A DNA stretch of 64,000 nt from Tortispora ganteri (Eukaryota): contig PPNB01000007.1 of the NCBI GenBank assembly GCA_003707115.1, positions 124,001 through 188,000 of the forward strand, written 5' to 3'. Both the position numbers and the translations under genes were made by a program. This document shows, piece after piece, positions 10,498-20,297 of the stretch (positions are counted from its first letter, which is position 1; each line of letters begins with the position of its first letter). The notes beneath the pieces were generated by a model that made no database searches, was not told where the DNA came from, and was given only the letters and a program-made list of their open reading frames with translations.

Positions 10498-10571
10498 CCG
10501 GTTGTCGAAGGTGTAGTCGAGATGGACTATTAAGGTTTCTGTTTATATACAACTCCCTAGAAGTCGTCTGC

Positions 10572-13500
10572 TCAATAGCTAACCAGAGTTCCCCAGACTT
10601 CCTTATCTGATTGCGTTAATTGGCTGTATGCACGTTCAGAACCAGGACGATTGTACTGAAGACAGTCTCTCAAGATGGATCTAATTAGGTCCACAATCTC
10701 GTCGCCGCCGTTGCCATCATATTGATCCTGATCAGTGAGTTGCGCTAGATCTTTAATTGTCATATTTCCGGCGTCAACGTCTTCCCATTCGTCCAATCCG
10801 TCTTCATCTTCGTCGTTATCAATCGATACACCCGTGAACCTAGCAGCATCCGGCTTCGTCGCACCGCTATCCATTCGTCCTTTGGCATCATTCAACATCA
10901 CTTTTAGGATCTTCACAGGTACAGCAACCTGTGTGTATCGTTTCGGCATAGATTTAGCCATAGATCTCGTTATTATTTTCTCCTTTTCATTCTCGGTGAT
11001 AATTAAGTCGCCATCTACTTCGATTTGCCAGAGCCTCTCATCATTCGACGCAAACAGCATATATAGCGCCCGGTAGTATTTGGCTATGTCTCGCGTCTTG
11101 CCAACTGCTTCAATACTAGATAGCCATGCTTTTAAGACAACTTCTAAACCACTCACCTGTCGTTTTGGATCATTTTTATCGTCAAATTTCGTCGAAGACA
11201 AATACTCAATTGTCTCCTGTGTTGAGACAAGGGTCAAGGTAACAAATATATCCATCAAACTAATCACCATCAAGTCACGATCAGCCGATATAATACAACG
11301 CACTGCCGCTTGAATTATCTGAGGTAGATAAGGCATAATATACATGCTCATATGTGTGATCACAGAGGAGATCATTCTGCCCCCTGGACCAGTAGCTGAT
11401 GCATCCATAGACGGATCTAATGCCTTAGCTGCAACATCAAGGATAATTTCCAGTACGGAACGCGGCTGACCTGGTACAATTTCGACTTGATTTAAACCTC
11501 TGAGATGTTCCAAATCGCGATCTAGCATGCTTATTATACAGTCGCACCCGTACCCTACAGTTTCTGGATCCGCAGAGTTAATTAGAGGAGGAACTATTAG
11601 CTTCAAGCACGCTTCAGTGATTTCACGAGGAAGTGGGCCGTGACCGGCTTCAAGTATTGCCTGTATAATCTCAAAGGCTGCCAAAACTTCAGGAGATATT
11701 GGATCCTGAGGTACGTCAAATACAAGATCCTTCAATTTCTTAAAAGTAGATTCGCACAAGTTGGAATAATACGAATCATAATTTTCAGGCTCAAACAGCT
11801 CAATAATATCTGAGAATGCAGCAGCACTGTCAGCGCGCAATTGAGCATCAGCAGCATTTGCTGAAGTGATTTGCAAAATTAGTTCAGTCGCCAAAAAATG
11901 AGAATCAGGCAGTATATTGAGATCCAACTTTATTGCAGCAAGTATAGCATCTACTAACAGCACTGGAGTATCATCGGTAGCAGTATCTAATATTGAATTG
12001 ATACTATTCAATATCGGGTGAATATAAGAGCCCAAATGGGTTTGGTCAGTCGAAGTGAACCTTTGCCAGGCGATACAAGCGGCACAAATCCGGAGAGGAT
12101 CAGATAGAAATTGCGGATTATAAACTGCATTCAACAGCTCGACAAGCTGATTAAGGTGTAAATTTGTGTCAGCGACTTCAAATAGCCGTGAAGCAAAAAT
12201 GACTGCTCTAGCTTGCAGCAACGGATCCTGAGAACCAATACAGCTCATTATATATTGCATAAGATTGCTAAAAGAGCTTTCATCTTGTTTAGGGAGTTGA
12301 TCTTCATCCAGTTCAGAATAAATGAGACACAAAATGTACAAGGTAGCTTCTTGATGTCTAGGTTGATCAGAATAAGCGGTTACTACTGCCGCATCATATG
12401 CAAGAGCAAGCAAAGCGTCACTTGAATATGTGCATAACTGCGAAATGATATCCGCGGTGACATTTCTAGAGTTATATGATACCGAGAGATCCATTTCTTC
12501 ACTGACAAAGGCATTATAGTCATCTGACCATTCATTATACAGAAACGTAGGCAGTTGCGCAAATTCCAAGATTAGGGAGAAAAGAGATTTGAATTCTTCT
12601 GACGAAGGATAAAACAATTTCTTTACTTTGCCTTTAACTAAGAAGGAACGAAACAACTCTGTAAGCTCGTATGTGTACTGTTTGAATGTGACCTTTATTA
12701 AAGATTGAGGGTTAGACAGTTCAAACTCTTCGTCCACTTCATTATCTATATAGAGCTGACTATAGAGAGGAACAGTTTTTGCAAGCTTTAGGTAAATTAT
12801 CGGAGCCAACTGCGTCAAGTGTTCTTCAAGCAGTTCCGGGAATATAGTCTCCAAGTGAGCGTATATGCGAAATGCAGTGTATTGGTATAGAATTGTTTCA
12901 TCCTCCGGCGAACTTACAGGTTTCTCTATGAGCGCTATCAGGGCAGGAAACACTGAGACGCGCAAGAAGGTAGTAAACTGATTTATTGCTGAACGACTTA
13001 TCTCGTCTTTGAGGGTGTACATGGAGAGACAAGATTCGAGAACTTCTAGGACTTCTGCGCAAACTATTGGAGAAGAATTGAGGATCAGATGCAAAAGAGC
13101 GGAGGTGAGATCTTCAGCCACGTCGATATACTGTTCTATAGTGAACGAGTTGTCAAGCATATCTTTGAGGACGGTTAACGCACCCAGGAGCATAAAGTCT
13201 TCAGATGATTTTATAAGTATATTCATGAGAGAGGGCATTAGTTCCGGCCAGTCGTCCGGGAAGTCAACAGCTGCGATTTTGGCTACGGCGTAAGCCGCTG
13301 TAGATCGAATTTGGTACTCGGGCGCGGACACAGCCGATAAGAATAGATGGCGAATCTTTTGTTTTGCCTGCTGATCCAGTACAGGCCCTTCAAATTGTTC
13401 AATAGCAGGCGACCATTTTCGCAAAGCCAGTTGCCTCAAATTGATCAAAGCAGCTAGCCTAGTAGACAGATCCAATGAGGACAGAGCGGACACGTGCACC

Positions 13501-13616
13501 AGTCCGTCAATCAGCATCTGCGGGTGCGTTAGTCCCATATTGACAAGCTGTGCTTCAGCATTGGCTTGAGTAGTACCATTCAAAGTACTGCGTAATATCT
13601 GTACTAGCTGTTCCAT
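10572..13616 (-). CDS. KAP114: Importin-9 / karyopherin Kap114
   Basis: IBN_N domain, IAAVDFPDDWPEL, HEAT repeats, IITRSMAK and the acidic C-terminal loop DEWEDVD. Confidence 0.9.
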   Translation of the reverse strand: MEQLVQILRSTLNGTTQANAEAQLVNMGLTHPQMLIDGLVHVSALSSLDLSTRLAALINLRQLALRKWSPAIEQFEGPVLDQQAKQKIRHLFLSAVSAPEYQIRSTAAYAVAKIAAVDFPDDWPELMPSLMNILIKSSEDFMLLGALTVLKDMLDNSFTIEQYIDVAEDLTSALLHLILNSSPIVCAEVLEVLESCLSMYTLKDEISRSAINQFTTFLRVSVFPALIALIEKPVSSPEDETILYQYTAFRIYAHLETIFPELLEEHLTQLAPIIYLKLAKTVPLYSQLYIDNEVDEEFELSNPQSLIKVTFKQYTYELTELFRSFLVKGKVKKLFYPSSEEFKSLFSLILEFAQLPTFLYNEWSDDYNAFVSEEMDLSVSYNSRNVTADIISQLCTYSSDALLALAYDAAVVTAYSDQPRHQEATLYILCLIYSELDEDQLPKQDESSFSNLMQYIMSCIGSQDPLLQARAVIFASRLFEVADTNLHLNQLVELLNAVYNPQFLSDPLRICAACIAWQRFTSTDQTHLGSYIHPILNSINSILDTATDDTPVLLVDAILAAIKLDLNILPDSHFLATELILQITSANAADAQLRADSAAAFSDIIELFEPENYDSYYSNLCESTFKKLKDLVFDVPQDPISPEVLAAFEIIQAILEAGHGPLPREITEACLKLIVPPLINSADPETVGYGCDCIISMLDRDLEHLRGLNQVEIVPGQPRSVLEIILDVAAKALDPSMDASATGPGGRMISSVITHMSMYIMPYLPQIIQAAVRCIISADRDLMVISLMDIFVTLTLVSTQETIEYLSSTKFDDKNDPKRQVSGLEVVLKAWLSSIEAVGKTRDIAKYYRALYMLFASNDERLWQIEVDGDLIITENEKEKIITRSMAKSMPKRYTQVAVPVKILKVMLNDAKGRMDSGATKPDAARFTGVSIDNDEDEDGLDEWEDVDAGNMTIKDLAQLTDQDQYDGNGGDEIVDLIRSILRDCLQYNRPGSERAYSQLTQSDKEVWGTLVSY

Positions 13617-14221
13617 GGCGATCCTAGGCTACGTTTGTGCTATCTGAGAACAACAGCCTGCAGCGCTACGCGTAAACGATTGTAGATGCAACGAGGGTCC
13701 AGGGTAGTCAATTTGATCACAGAATGCAGTTGCATCGAACTTCAGACAGAGTGACCAGAGCGTTGGCGGTATGTGAGAGAGTACAGTTCATTACCAGATT
13801 AAAGAGATTTATGCATATTTTGCAGATGGTGCGATTGGTATAATTGGAGTGGAATAATGTAGTTTGACGTATCAGAGCGCGAGTAGTGCGGGGGCAGAGG
13901 AGGGTGGTGGGAGGCACGTACTTTGAGCCTGCTACTGAATGCGGTAAGTTTTGAGTGATAATGTCACAAGTAACAAGATTAAAGAGCATATGGTCTACGA
14001 AAACTCACGATGACGAAGAGCAATTTAATGCAAAATTCGCGTTGCAAATATTCAGCTACGCAGTAGTAACCGAAGAATAAATTTCCGGAACCGACAATTT
14101 ATTGAGCCGCACGAACGGCTTACCCAGCACAGTGGAGTAGCCTGAATCATATGGTGTGCTTAAAATAGAGTTCTACTCGGTAATCGGCAATGTTACTTCA
14201 GATTATTTATATAACTCCACA

Positions 14222-14269
14222 TTACGTAATTGGGAAAGAACTGCCTAAGTATTTAATTCATTATAAATA
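14222..14269 (+). promoter_or_regulatory. TTACGTAA bZIP (Yap/ATF-type) palindrome plus TATAAATA box
   Basis: TTACGTAA at 14222-14229 and TATAAATA at 14262-14269, upstream of the oxidoreductase ATG at 14339. Confidence 0.5.
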
Positions 14270-14338
14270 GATTTGATACTGCCACAAATTGCTAGAGTGC
14301 ATATTTTTAGCGTTTTACTACTTTAATAGCCCATTGCA

Positions 14339-15337
14339 ATGTCTATGTCCTACCTTGTGCTCCAGGAGCGCCCAGAAGGCGAAATTACTGACACCACTTT
14401 CCGGAAAGTTACTGAACCGATCCCGGAGACACTAAAAAAGGGTCAAGTTCTTGTGAAGGTAACTTATGTGTCTGTTGACCCAGCCATGCGCGGCTATCTC
14501 GCGGATGTGCGCTCGTATTACCCACCAATTGCGATTGGCGCCCCCATGAGGGCTTTGGGGCTCGGTGAGGTGGTCAAGTCTGAAAATGAAGATTTCCCTG
14601 TGGGCGAGATTGTCCGCGGACTTTATGGGTTCGCAGACCATTTTCTAAGTCAAGATGGATCAGATCTTGAAAAATTACCATTTAAAGACGTTGATATCCC
14701 GCAGTACCTTGCTCTATTAGGAATTACAGGCCTCACCGCCTATACAGGACTGATGAACCTCATCGACCCGCAACCGGGCCAAACAATCGTCGTGTCAGGT
14801 GCAGCAGGAGCTGTAGGCTCAATTGTCTGCCAGATTGCCAAACTTAAAGGTGCTCGAGTTGTCGGTATTGCAGGAACTACAGAGAAAGTACAATGGCTGC
14901 TTAATGACCTCAAAATCGACGCTGCGCTTAATTACAACTCGCCTGATTATGAGAAGGAGTTCGTTGAAGCAACTAAGGATCTCATAGACGGATATTTCGA
15001 TAATGTAGGAGGCAAAACACTTGATCTAGCGCTTAAACAGGCTAAAATACATGCCAAGTTTGCACAATGTGGCGGCATTTCTGGTTACAATGGCAAAGTC
15101 GAACCGATTTACAATTACATGAACATCGTCAAGTTCCGAATCAAGCTCGAAGGATTTATTGTTATTGACTACAAGTCAGATTTCCCAAAAGCCATATCTG
15201 ATATGTCTACTTGGCTCAGAGAGGGCAAGATTATCAGCCGTCTAGATATTATTGATGGCACTGTGGACGAGCTACCCCAGGCGCTTGCAGGGCTTTTCAA
15301 GGGAACAAACACCGGAAAGCGTTTAGTTAAGCTCTAG
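14339..15337 (+). CDS. NADP-dependent alkenal/one oxidoreductase (PTGR/LTB4DH-like MDR)
   Basis: SVDPAMR, GLTAY, SGAAGAVGS, YFDNVGG, CGGISGYN and NTGK motifs. Confidence 0.9.
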   Translation: MSMSYLVLQERPEGEITDTTFRKVTEPIPETLKKGQVLVKVTYVSVDPAMRGYLADVRSYYPPIAIGAPMRALGLGEVVKSENEDFPVGEIVRGLYGFADHFLSQDGSDLEKLPFKDVDIPQYLALLGITGLTAYTGLMNLIDPQPGQTIVVSGAAGAVGSIVCQIAKLKGARVVGIAGTTEKVQWLLNDLKIDAALNYNSPDYEKEFVEATKDLIDGYFDNVGGKTLDLALKQAKIHAKFAQCGGISGYNGKVEPIYNYMNIVKFRIKLEGFIVIDYKSDFPKAISDMSTWLREGKIISRLDIIDGTVDELPQALAGLFKGTNTGKRLVKL

Positions 15338-15493
15338 TCATATAAGAGGAATTGTTGTAATTGTACAAGTCCAAATCTGTTGTTATAGTAAATGTGTAGT
15401 ATGTAGCAAGGGAAGGACAATGGACCCGATATACCGATAAACTAACAGTTAGTTGAGATATGTTCTAGAAATTGCTACAGTCATTAAAAATAA

Positions 15494-15899
15494 TCAAACT
15501 GCACGTCTGACTAAAATGACTCCATCACCTCTCACGAACATCTTGCTAATGAATCTATCTCTATTAATCGGTTTGCCTTTCTTACCTGCCGAATTCTTCG
15601 GAATCTCTACCCATAGTTCTTTAACATCTTCTAGGACCATATTCGAATGTCGATCAAATGCTTTTAATCTTCCTAACAATTTATGATCGTTTCGACATAA
15701 AACTAACACTTGTGAGTTATTTTGAACAGCTGTATGTAGAACAGACAAAGGCCCATTCTCGAACTCGTACTCTTCCAATTTCAGAATCTCCGCCTCACTT
15801 AGCTCGCTTCTCGGTAAATTAATTAAATCACTAGTTTTATTCGGTTAGTTTACTAATTTTTTAAAAAAAAATAAATAAATAATTGATTACTTACGCCAT
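15494..15899 (-). CDS. SMD2: Sm core protein D2; exons 15899-15895 and 15830-15494, intron 15894-15831
   Basis: ATG GC|GTAAGT...AACTAAC...TAG|T GAT gives [25 protein letters not shown], followed by the Sm fold [17 protein letters not shown]...FVRGDGVI. Confidence 0.95.
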
Positions 15900-15961
15900 C
15901 TTGTTGTCGAAGTTTACATTTCTTTGCCGTCCCAAAAAACCTTTCTTCTACCAAAAATATC

Positions 15962-17233
15962 ATGTTACGATCTTTTCGCTCTTTCTCTCCACGTTCGCGT
16001 TGGTATTCCACCTCAAAATACTTCAGAAATCGTCAATCGCTACGATATGAAATACCAAATCCAAACACTGGCCCAGAAATCAAACTGCCCCCACCACGGT
16101 CCGCCGCATTCAAGAGACAGATACCTATATTGATCGGTGCAGGTCTCACTATATGGATCATTTATTCCGCTAAACATTTACTCTACCCGTCTTCTTCAAA
16201 CAACTCGGACCTGCCTTCTGCTGAAAAATTCTCTCCCTATGTCATAACGTATAAGTACGAATATGCCCCGGATCACTTCCTCATAGAACTCTCACCCACA
16301 ATGCTCATATGGCGGAAGATGCAACAGTCAAAGTACTATCCCTGGAACGGCCACAAGCTCTGGTCTATAGAAATCAGACAGCCTGACATGCAGATAGCCC
16401 GTAGGTATACCCCTTTGCCTCTTATGGTTCTCAAATCAAACTATCAGAATGACTCAGGCAAACCCCCAGTCCTCCACATACTGTCTGAGAACCCGCACAA
16501 GTCCTCATCCGAGGAAGGCCGCATGCTACTCGTAGTTAAACGATACAATGACGGCGAAGTGTCTCGTTGGCTCTGCTCACTACCACCTGGATCCAATGTT
16601 GATATCCGCGGGCCTCACATTGAGTATGAGCTCCATGACTCACAACAGTCAGATCTCGCATCCAGAAGGCCCCAAATATCCGATACGCCTTCCACGCTAC
16701 CCCCGGACCCGCAGATACCCGATTCTGTTGATCCGCCCAAAAATATACTATTCATGTCGGCCGGAACCGGCATCACGCCTGCCTTGCAAATGCTGCTCTC
16801 GCCCAACCCTCCTCGTGGGTTTGTACATCTTTTTCATTCCGCGTCTTCGCCTGAAGTTGTACCGCTCAACAGGTTTCTGTTCTTCTTAAAGTCCGCAGGA
16901 AGAATATCTATGTCGCAGTTCTATGGCAGAAGGATTACCGAAAAGGACGTTATCCCTCCGGCATCGGCTAAGTCCTTGCCTGAACAGCCTGAACAGCAAC
17001 ATCCAGGAGCTCTCGATAAGCTGAAATCTACTTTCAGTGCGTTCCGACGCGTAAAAGAGGAGATGCCCGTTGACCTTGCTTTTGTTTGCGGGCCCGAAAG
17101 CTATGTACGTGCAGTGTCCGGCGCTAGACAATATGTAAATATTGCAACCACTGGCAACCAGGATACTCCAATTAAAGGATACTTGGGCAAAAAGGGCTGG
17201 ACTTCCGATAACGTCGTACGATTGGCTTCTTGA
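15962..17233 (+). CDS. CYC2: Mitochondrial flavoprotein, cytochrome b5 reductase-like (Cyc2)
   Basis: Arg/Ser-rich presequence, TM segment, IARRYTPL, KRYNDGEVSRWL, AGTGITP and VCGPESY motifs. Confidence 0.8.
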   Translation: MLRSFRSFSPRSRWYSTSKYFRNRQSLRYEIPNPNTGPEIKLPPPRSAAFKRQIPILIGAGLTIWIIYSAKHLLYPSSSNNSDLPSAEKFSPYVITYKYEYAPDHFLIELSPTMLIWRKMQQSKYYPWNGHKLWSIEIRQPDMQIARRYTPLPLMVLKSNYQNDSGKPPVLHILSENPHKSSSEEGRMLLVVKRYNDGEVSRWLCSLPPGSNVDIRGPHIEYELHDSQQSDLASRRPQISDTPSTLPPDPQIPDSVDPPKNILFMSAGTGITPALQMLLSPNPPRGFVHLFHSASSPEVVPLNRFLFFLKSAGRISMSQFYGRRITEKDVIPPASAKSLPEQPEQQHPGALDKLKSTFSAFRRVKEEMPVDLAFVCGPESYVRAVSGARQYVNIATTGNQDTPIKGYLGKKGWTSDNVVRLAS

Positions 17234-17238
17234 AGTTT

Positions 17239-18720
17239 TTACTTGCCAATACAGAAAGAGCTGAAAACCACATCCAATATCTCTTCGACGTCAAGACCCT
17301 TACCCATGATCTTGCCAAACGATTCTGCAGCATATTTCAACTCCTCTGTGAAGAAAGTGATGCGATCTGGGTTATCTGCATCTTTGTATATGGCCAATGC
17401 ACGATCAAGGCCCGGAAGTACTTCTTGTTGAAGGATCTCTTTAACTCTGTGTGAAGCGCCTATCGGTTCTATGCCCTTGAAGTCGAACATGTTGTTTACC
17501 TGCGCAGATATAAGGTCAAGTAAGCTGGACACGCCATCTTTTTTACATCCGTTTACTGTCAATGCAGTGTCATAGTTCAAATCAATGTCTTTTAGCATGA
17601 GATCAAATTTATGCTGTGGATTTTCAACCAAATCAGGCTTTGTGCCTACAACTATTAGCGGAGTTGCAGCCCCATATCGTGAGATTGTATTCACGACGTC
17701 TGTGGAAACCGTAGGTTCTGTCAAAGGCAGTACCAATAGCAACAAGTCTGTTGAGCTGATTTTATCCTTTGCGCGCCTTATTCCTTCATTTTCTATTTTG
17801 TCTAATGAATCTTCTCTGATACCGGCGGTATCGCTGAGCGTGATTTTGTGACCGTGCACGTCCATTGTAAGTTCCATTACATCCCTAGTCGTTCCAGCGA
17901 TTTCGCTAACTATTGCTGCGTCTCTTCCTACCAGTGCGTTCAGCAAAGTAGACTTTCCGGCGTTTGGCTCACCTATAAGCGTAACGCTAGCACCCTTTCT
18001 AAGCATTTCGAATTGGTCGATTCCCTTGATCTGGTCGGCTACCTGGTTACGGATATCGCGAGACGATTTGTAGACGTTACTGAAGAGTTGGTCACTTGAA
18101 TCTATGTTTTCATCTGAAAAATCTATCAAAGCGGTAAGCATACCCATCTGTTCCAGTAATGATTTCTGCCAATATTCGTATAATTGGTACATGTGACCAC
18201 CTGAAGGCCCGACTGCGGCTTTTCGTTGTAATTCTGTCTCTGCATCAATGATTTCTCCGATCCCTTCAACTTGTGTCAAATCAAGCTTGCCATTATCAAA
18301 TGCACGTCTTGTGAATTCACCTGCCTCTGCATAGCGAATTTCACCATTATGTGATAAACCTTGAATTGATGCTAACATTGCTCGTACTACAGCTGTTCCA
18401 CCATGTATGTGTATTTCCACCATATCCTCTCCAGTGTATGACCGCGGGCCTGGAAAATATGTATATAATCCACGATCTATTATTGAACCATTATGTGATT
18501 TGAATGAATGTAAAATAGCTTTACGTGCGTCCAATTTGGTCGCTCCAAGACTCTCAAGTACAAACTTTGATCTGCATCCAGACACTCGTATAACAGCTAT
18601 AGCGCTCTTTCCTACAGCCGTAGACAACGCATATATAGTAGGATTGTGTTTAGATGCAAAATTACGTATTGAATATGTTACAAAAAGCCGTTTAGTTCGT
18701 ATAAATCGGCTAAATATCAT
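17239..18720 (-). CDS. MSS1: Mitochondrial tRNA-modification GTPase (MnmE/TrmE)
   Basis: TIYALST, SYTGED, GEFTRRAF, GEPNAGKS, GTTRD, DTAG and terminal FCIGK. The probable start is the ATG at 18720, which begins a mitochondrial presequence. Confidence 0.93.
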   Translation of the reverse strand: MIFSRFIRTKRLFVTYSIRNFASKHNPTIYALSTAVGKSAIAVIRVSGCRSKFVLESLGATKLDARKAILHSFKSHNGSIIDRGLYTYFPGPRSYTGEDMVEIHIHGGTAVVRAMLASIQGLSHNGEIRYAEAGEFTRRAFDNGKLDLTQVEGIGEIIDAETELQRKAAVGPSGGHMYQLYEYWQKSLLEQMGMLTALIDFSDENIDSSDQLFSNVYKSSRDIRNQVADQIKGIDQFEMLRKGASVTLIGEPNAGKSTLLNALVGRDAAIVSEIAGTTRDVMELTMDVHGHKITLSDTAGIREDSLDKIENEGIRRAKDKISSTDLLLLVLPLTEPTVSTDVVNTISRYGAATPLIVVGTKPDLVENPQHKFDLMLKDIDLNYDTALTVNGCKKDGVSSLLDLISAQVNNMFDFKGIEPIGASHRVKEILQQEVLPGLDRALAIYKDADNPDRITFFTEELKYAAESFGKIMGKGLDVEEILDVVFSSFCIGK

Positions 18721-18810
18721 TAAAAGTGATGGTTGTCGAAGTCCCAAAAAAAAGAAAGGATATTTCACTAGGTCATTGTATTTGTCTCGGATCGAGAACT
18801 TTTTGATCTT

Positions 18811-19848
18811 TTAATTGATTTTCCTCTTTTTGTGTACTTCTTCTGTCAATCCTCCAAGCTTTTTAGCCGTACGTTTCACAATTAAATTGCTTTTGTCTTC
18901 CCACAATGAGTCTTTCGCAGTATCTTCGTCTTTCGTGCTTATATGTCTCGTCTGCCCGCTCTTGCCAATAGCGTCATATCTTACACGAAGCGCCTTGTGT
19001 CGAGCGTTTCTACTCAGCATCTCGTACTCTGTCATTCCTGAAACATTACGTTTTACCACCTCATCATCCTGATAAAATGCGGCTTTGATTGAACGCCCTC
19101 GATGCTCTCGGTTCGTATTGGACTCATGTTCAGTCTCACCTTCGTTTTCATCTGACTTTTTCGTGCTCTCATCAATATCTTCCAACTCGCGAGCCACTCT
19201 AGCAAGCTCTCGTTCTTTCCATGCAAGTCGTTCGGCTTCAGGATCAACACCATCCGTGTCATCTACTTCAGCAAGTTGGCGATCAAACGCATTTAGCTCC
19301 GTAGATCTAGACATTATTCTCTTCTTAGATGACTCTATCATATCAAGAGATGTCAGCTTTTTTTTTGTAATCTTTTCAGCAGATTTAGCTATATGCTTTT
19401 TAGATATGAACATAGGGCGCCCTGCTGAAAGTAAACCGTCTTCACTACTTTCACTGTCGTCAGACTCGTCGCTACTATCAGTCTGATCAGTTTCATCGCG
19501 TATATCAGTGTCCTCAGATAACATAATATTGTCTTCAAAATCCACTAACTCAGATATTTCATCTGTTTTTGAAAGAATCAATTCCGCAGGCGAAGGCATT
19601 AGATGGTCTTGGTCGTTTGCCGATTTAGGCTCCTGCTCCGCCAAAGGTGACTCTCGCGTAATATAATTCGACTCTTTACGTTCTAAAGTCTCGCTAGAAT
19701 GTTCTTCAGGTTCATTCAAACCATTATTGTCGCAATTATCAGCTAGATTCGATTCATTTAGACTGCGATCTGACGAATCAGACTCAGACTCGCTGGCTTC
19801 AGCATAAGGCATTTTGCCTCGCCAGTACCGTCGACGGCTTCCTATCAT
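18811..19848 (-). CDS. MFAP1/Spp381-like spliceosomal B-complex protein
   Basis: RRYWRGK N-terminus, RPMFISK, VDDTDGVDPEAERLAWKERELARV, AFYQD and GKSGQTRH...EDT motifs. Confidence 0.85.
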   Translation of the reverse strand: MIGSRRRYWRGKMPYAEASESESDSSDRSLNESNLADNCDNNGLNEPEEHSSETLERKESNYITRESPLAEQEPKSANDQDHLMPSPAELILSKTDEISELVDFEDNIMLSEDTDIRDETDQTDSSDESDDSESSEDGLLSAGRPMFISKKHIAKSAEKITKKKLTSLDMIESSKKRIMSRSTELNAFDRQLAEVDDTDGVDPEAERLAWKERELARVARELEDIDESTKKSDENEGETEHESNTNREHRGRSIKAAFYQDDEVVKRNVSGMTEYEMLSRNARHKALRVRYDAIGKSGQTRHISTKDEDTAKDSLWEDKSNLIVKRTAKKLGGLTEEVHKKRKIN

Positions 19849-20043
19849 ATTTTAATCAAAAGCAAGCAGCCAAATCCCAAGTCAACAGGAATCAACGTAG
19901 CAGCCGATTCGTGGTCTGCGCAGAATTGTGCTGCTCATGACATATTATATATACGACTAAACTATACTTATTATCAATAAACTATACCCTAACCCACAAC
20001 AATAAGCTTAAAAAAACCCGTTTACCTCTAAATGTAGAATTCT

Positions 20044-20127
20044 GCCTCCTTGGCCCAGTGGTAAGGCGTCGCACTCGTACTAAATAAGCCTATGCGAAGA
20101 TCGATGGTTCGAATCCGTCAGGAGGCA
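20044..20127 (+). tRNA. tRNA-Thr(CGU) with a 12-nt intron (20080-20091)
   Basis: Acceptor GCCTCCT/AGGAGGC, D-arm with AGTGGTAA, anticodon stem TCGCA/TGCGA with loop CT-CGT-A[intron]A, T-loop GGTTCGAATCC, and downstream poly-T. Confidence 0.95.
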
Positions 20128-20297
20128 TTATAATTACTATTCCTTTTTTTTGTTTTTTCGAGGTAAAAGTTATCCAAATTAATTTGAATTTTTGGTAAAA
20201 TAAACAAAGTTTTGTTATAATGAATAGATATTGTAGTTGTAGTTCACTATCCAATACAGTATGAGATGGTTAAAATCAAGTACCGTTGAAGAGACAG

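Noticed and set aside
13717..13989. 90-aa intergenic ORF
   Set aside because: It has no motifs and random-like composition, and it lies in the KAP114/oxidoreductase promoter region.
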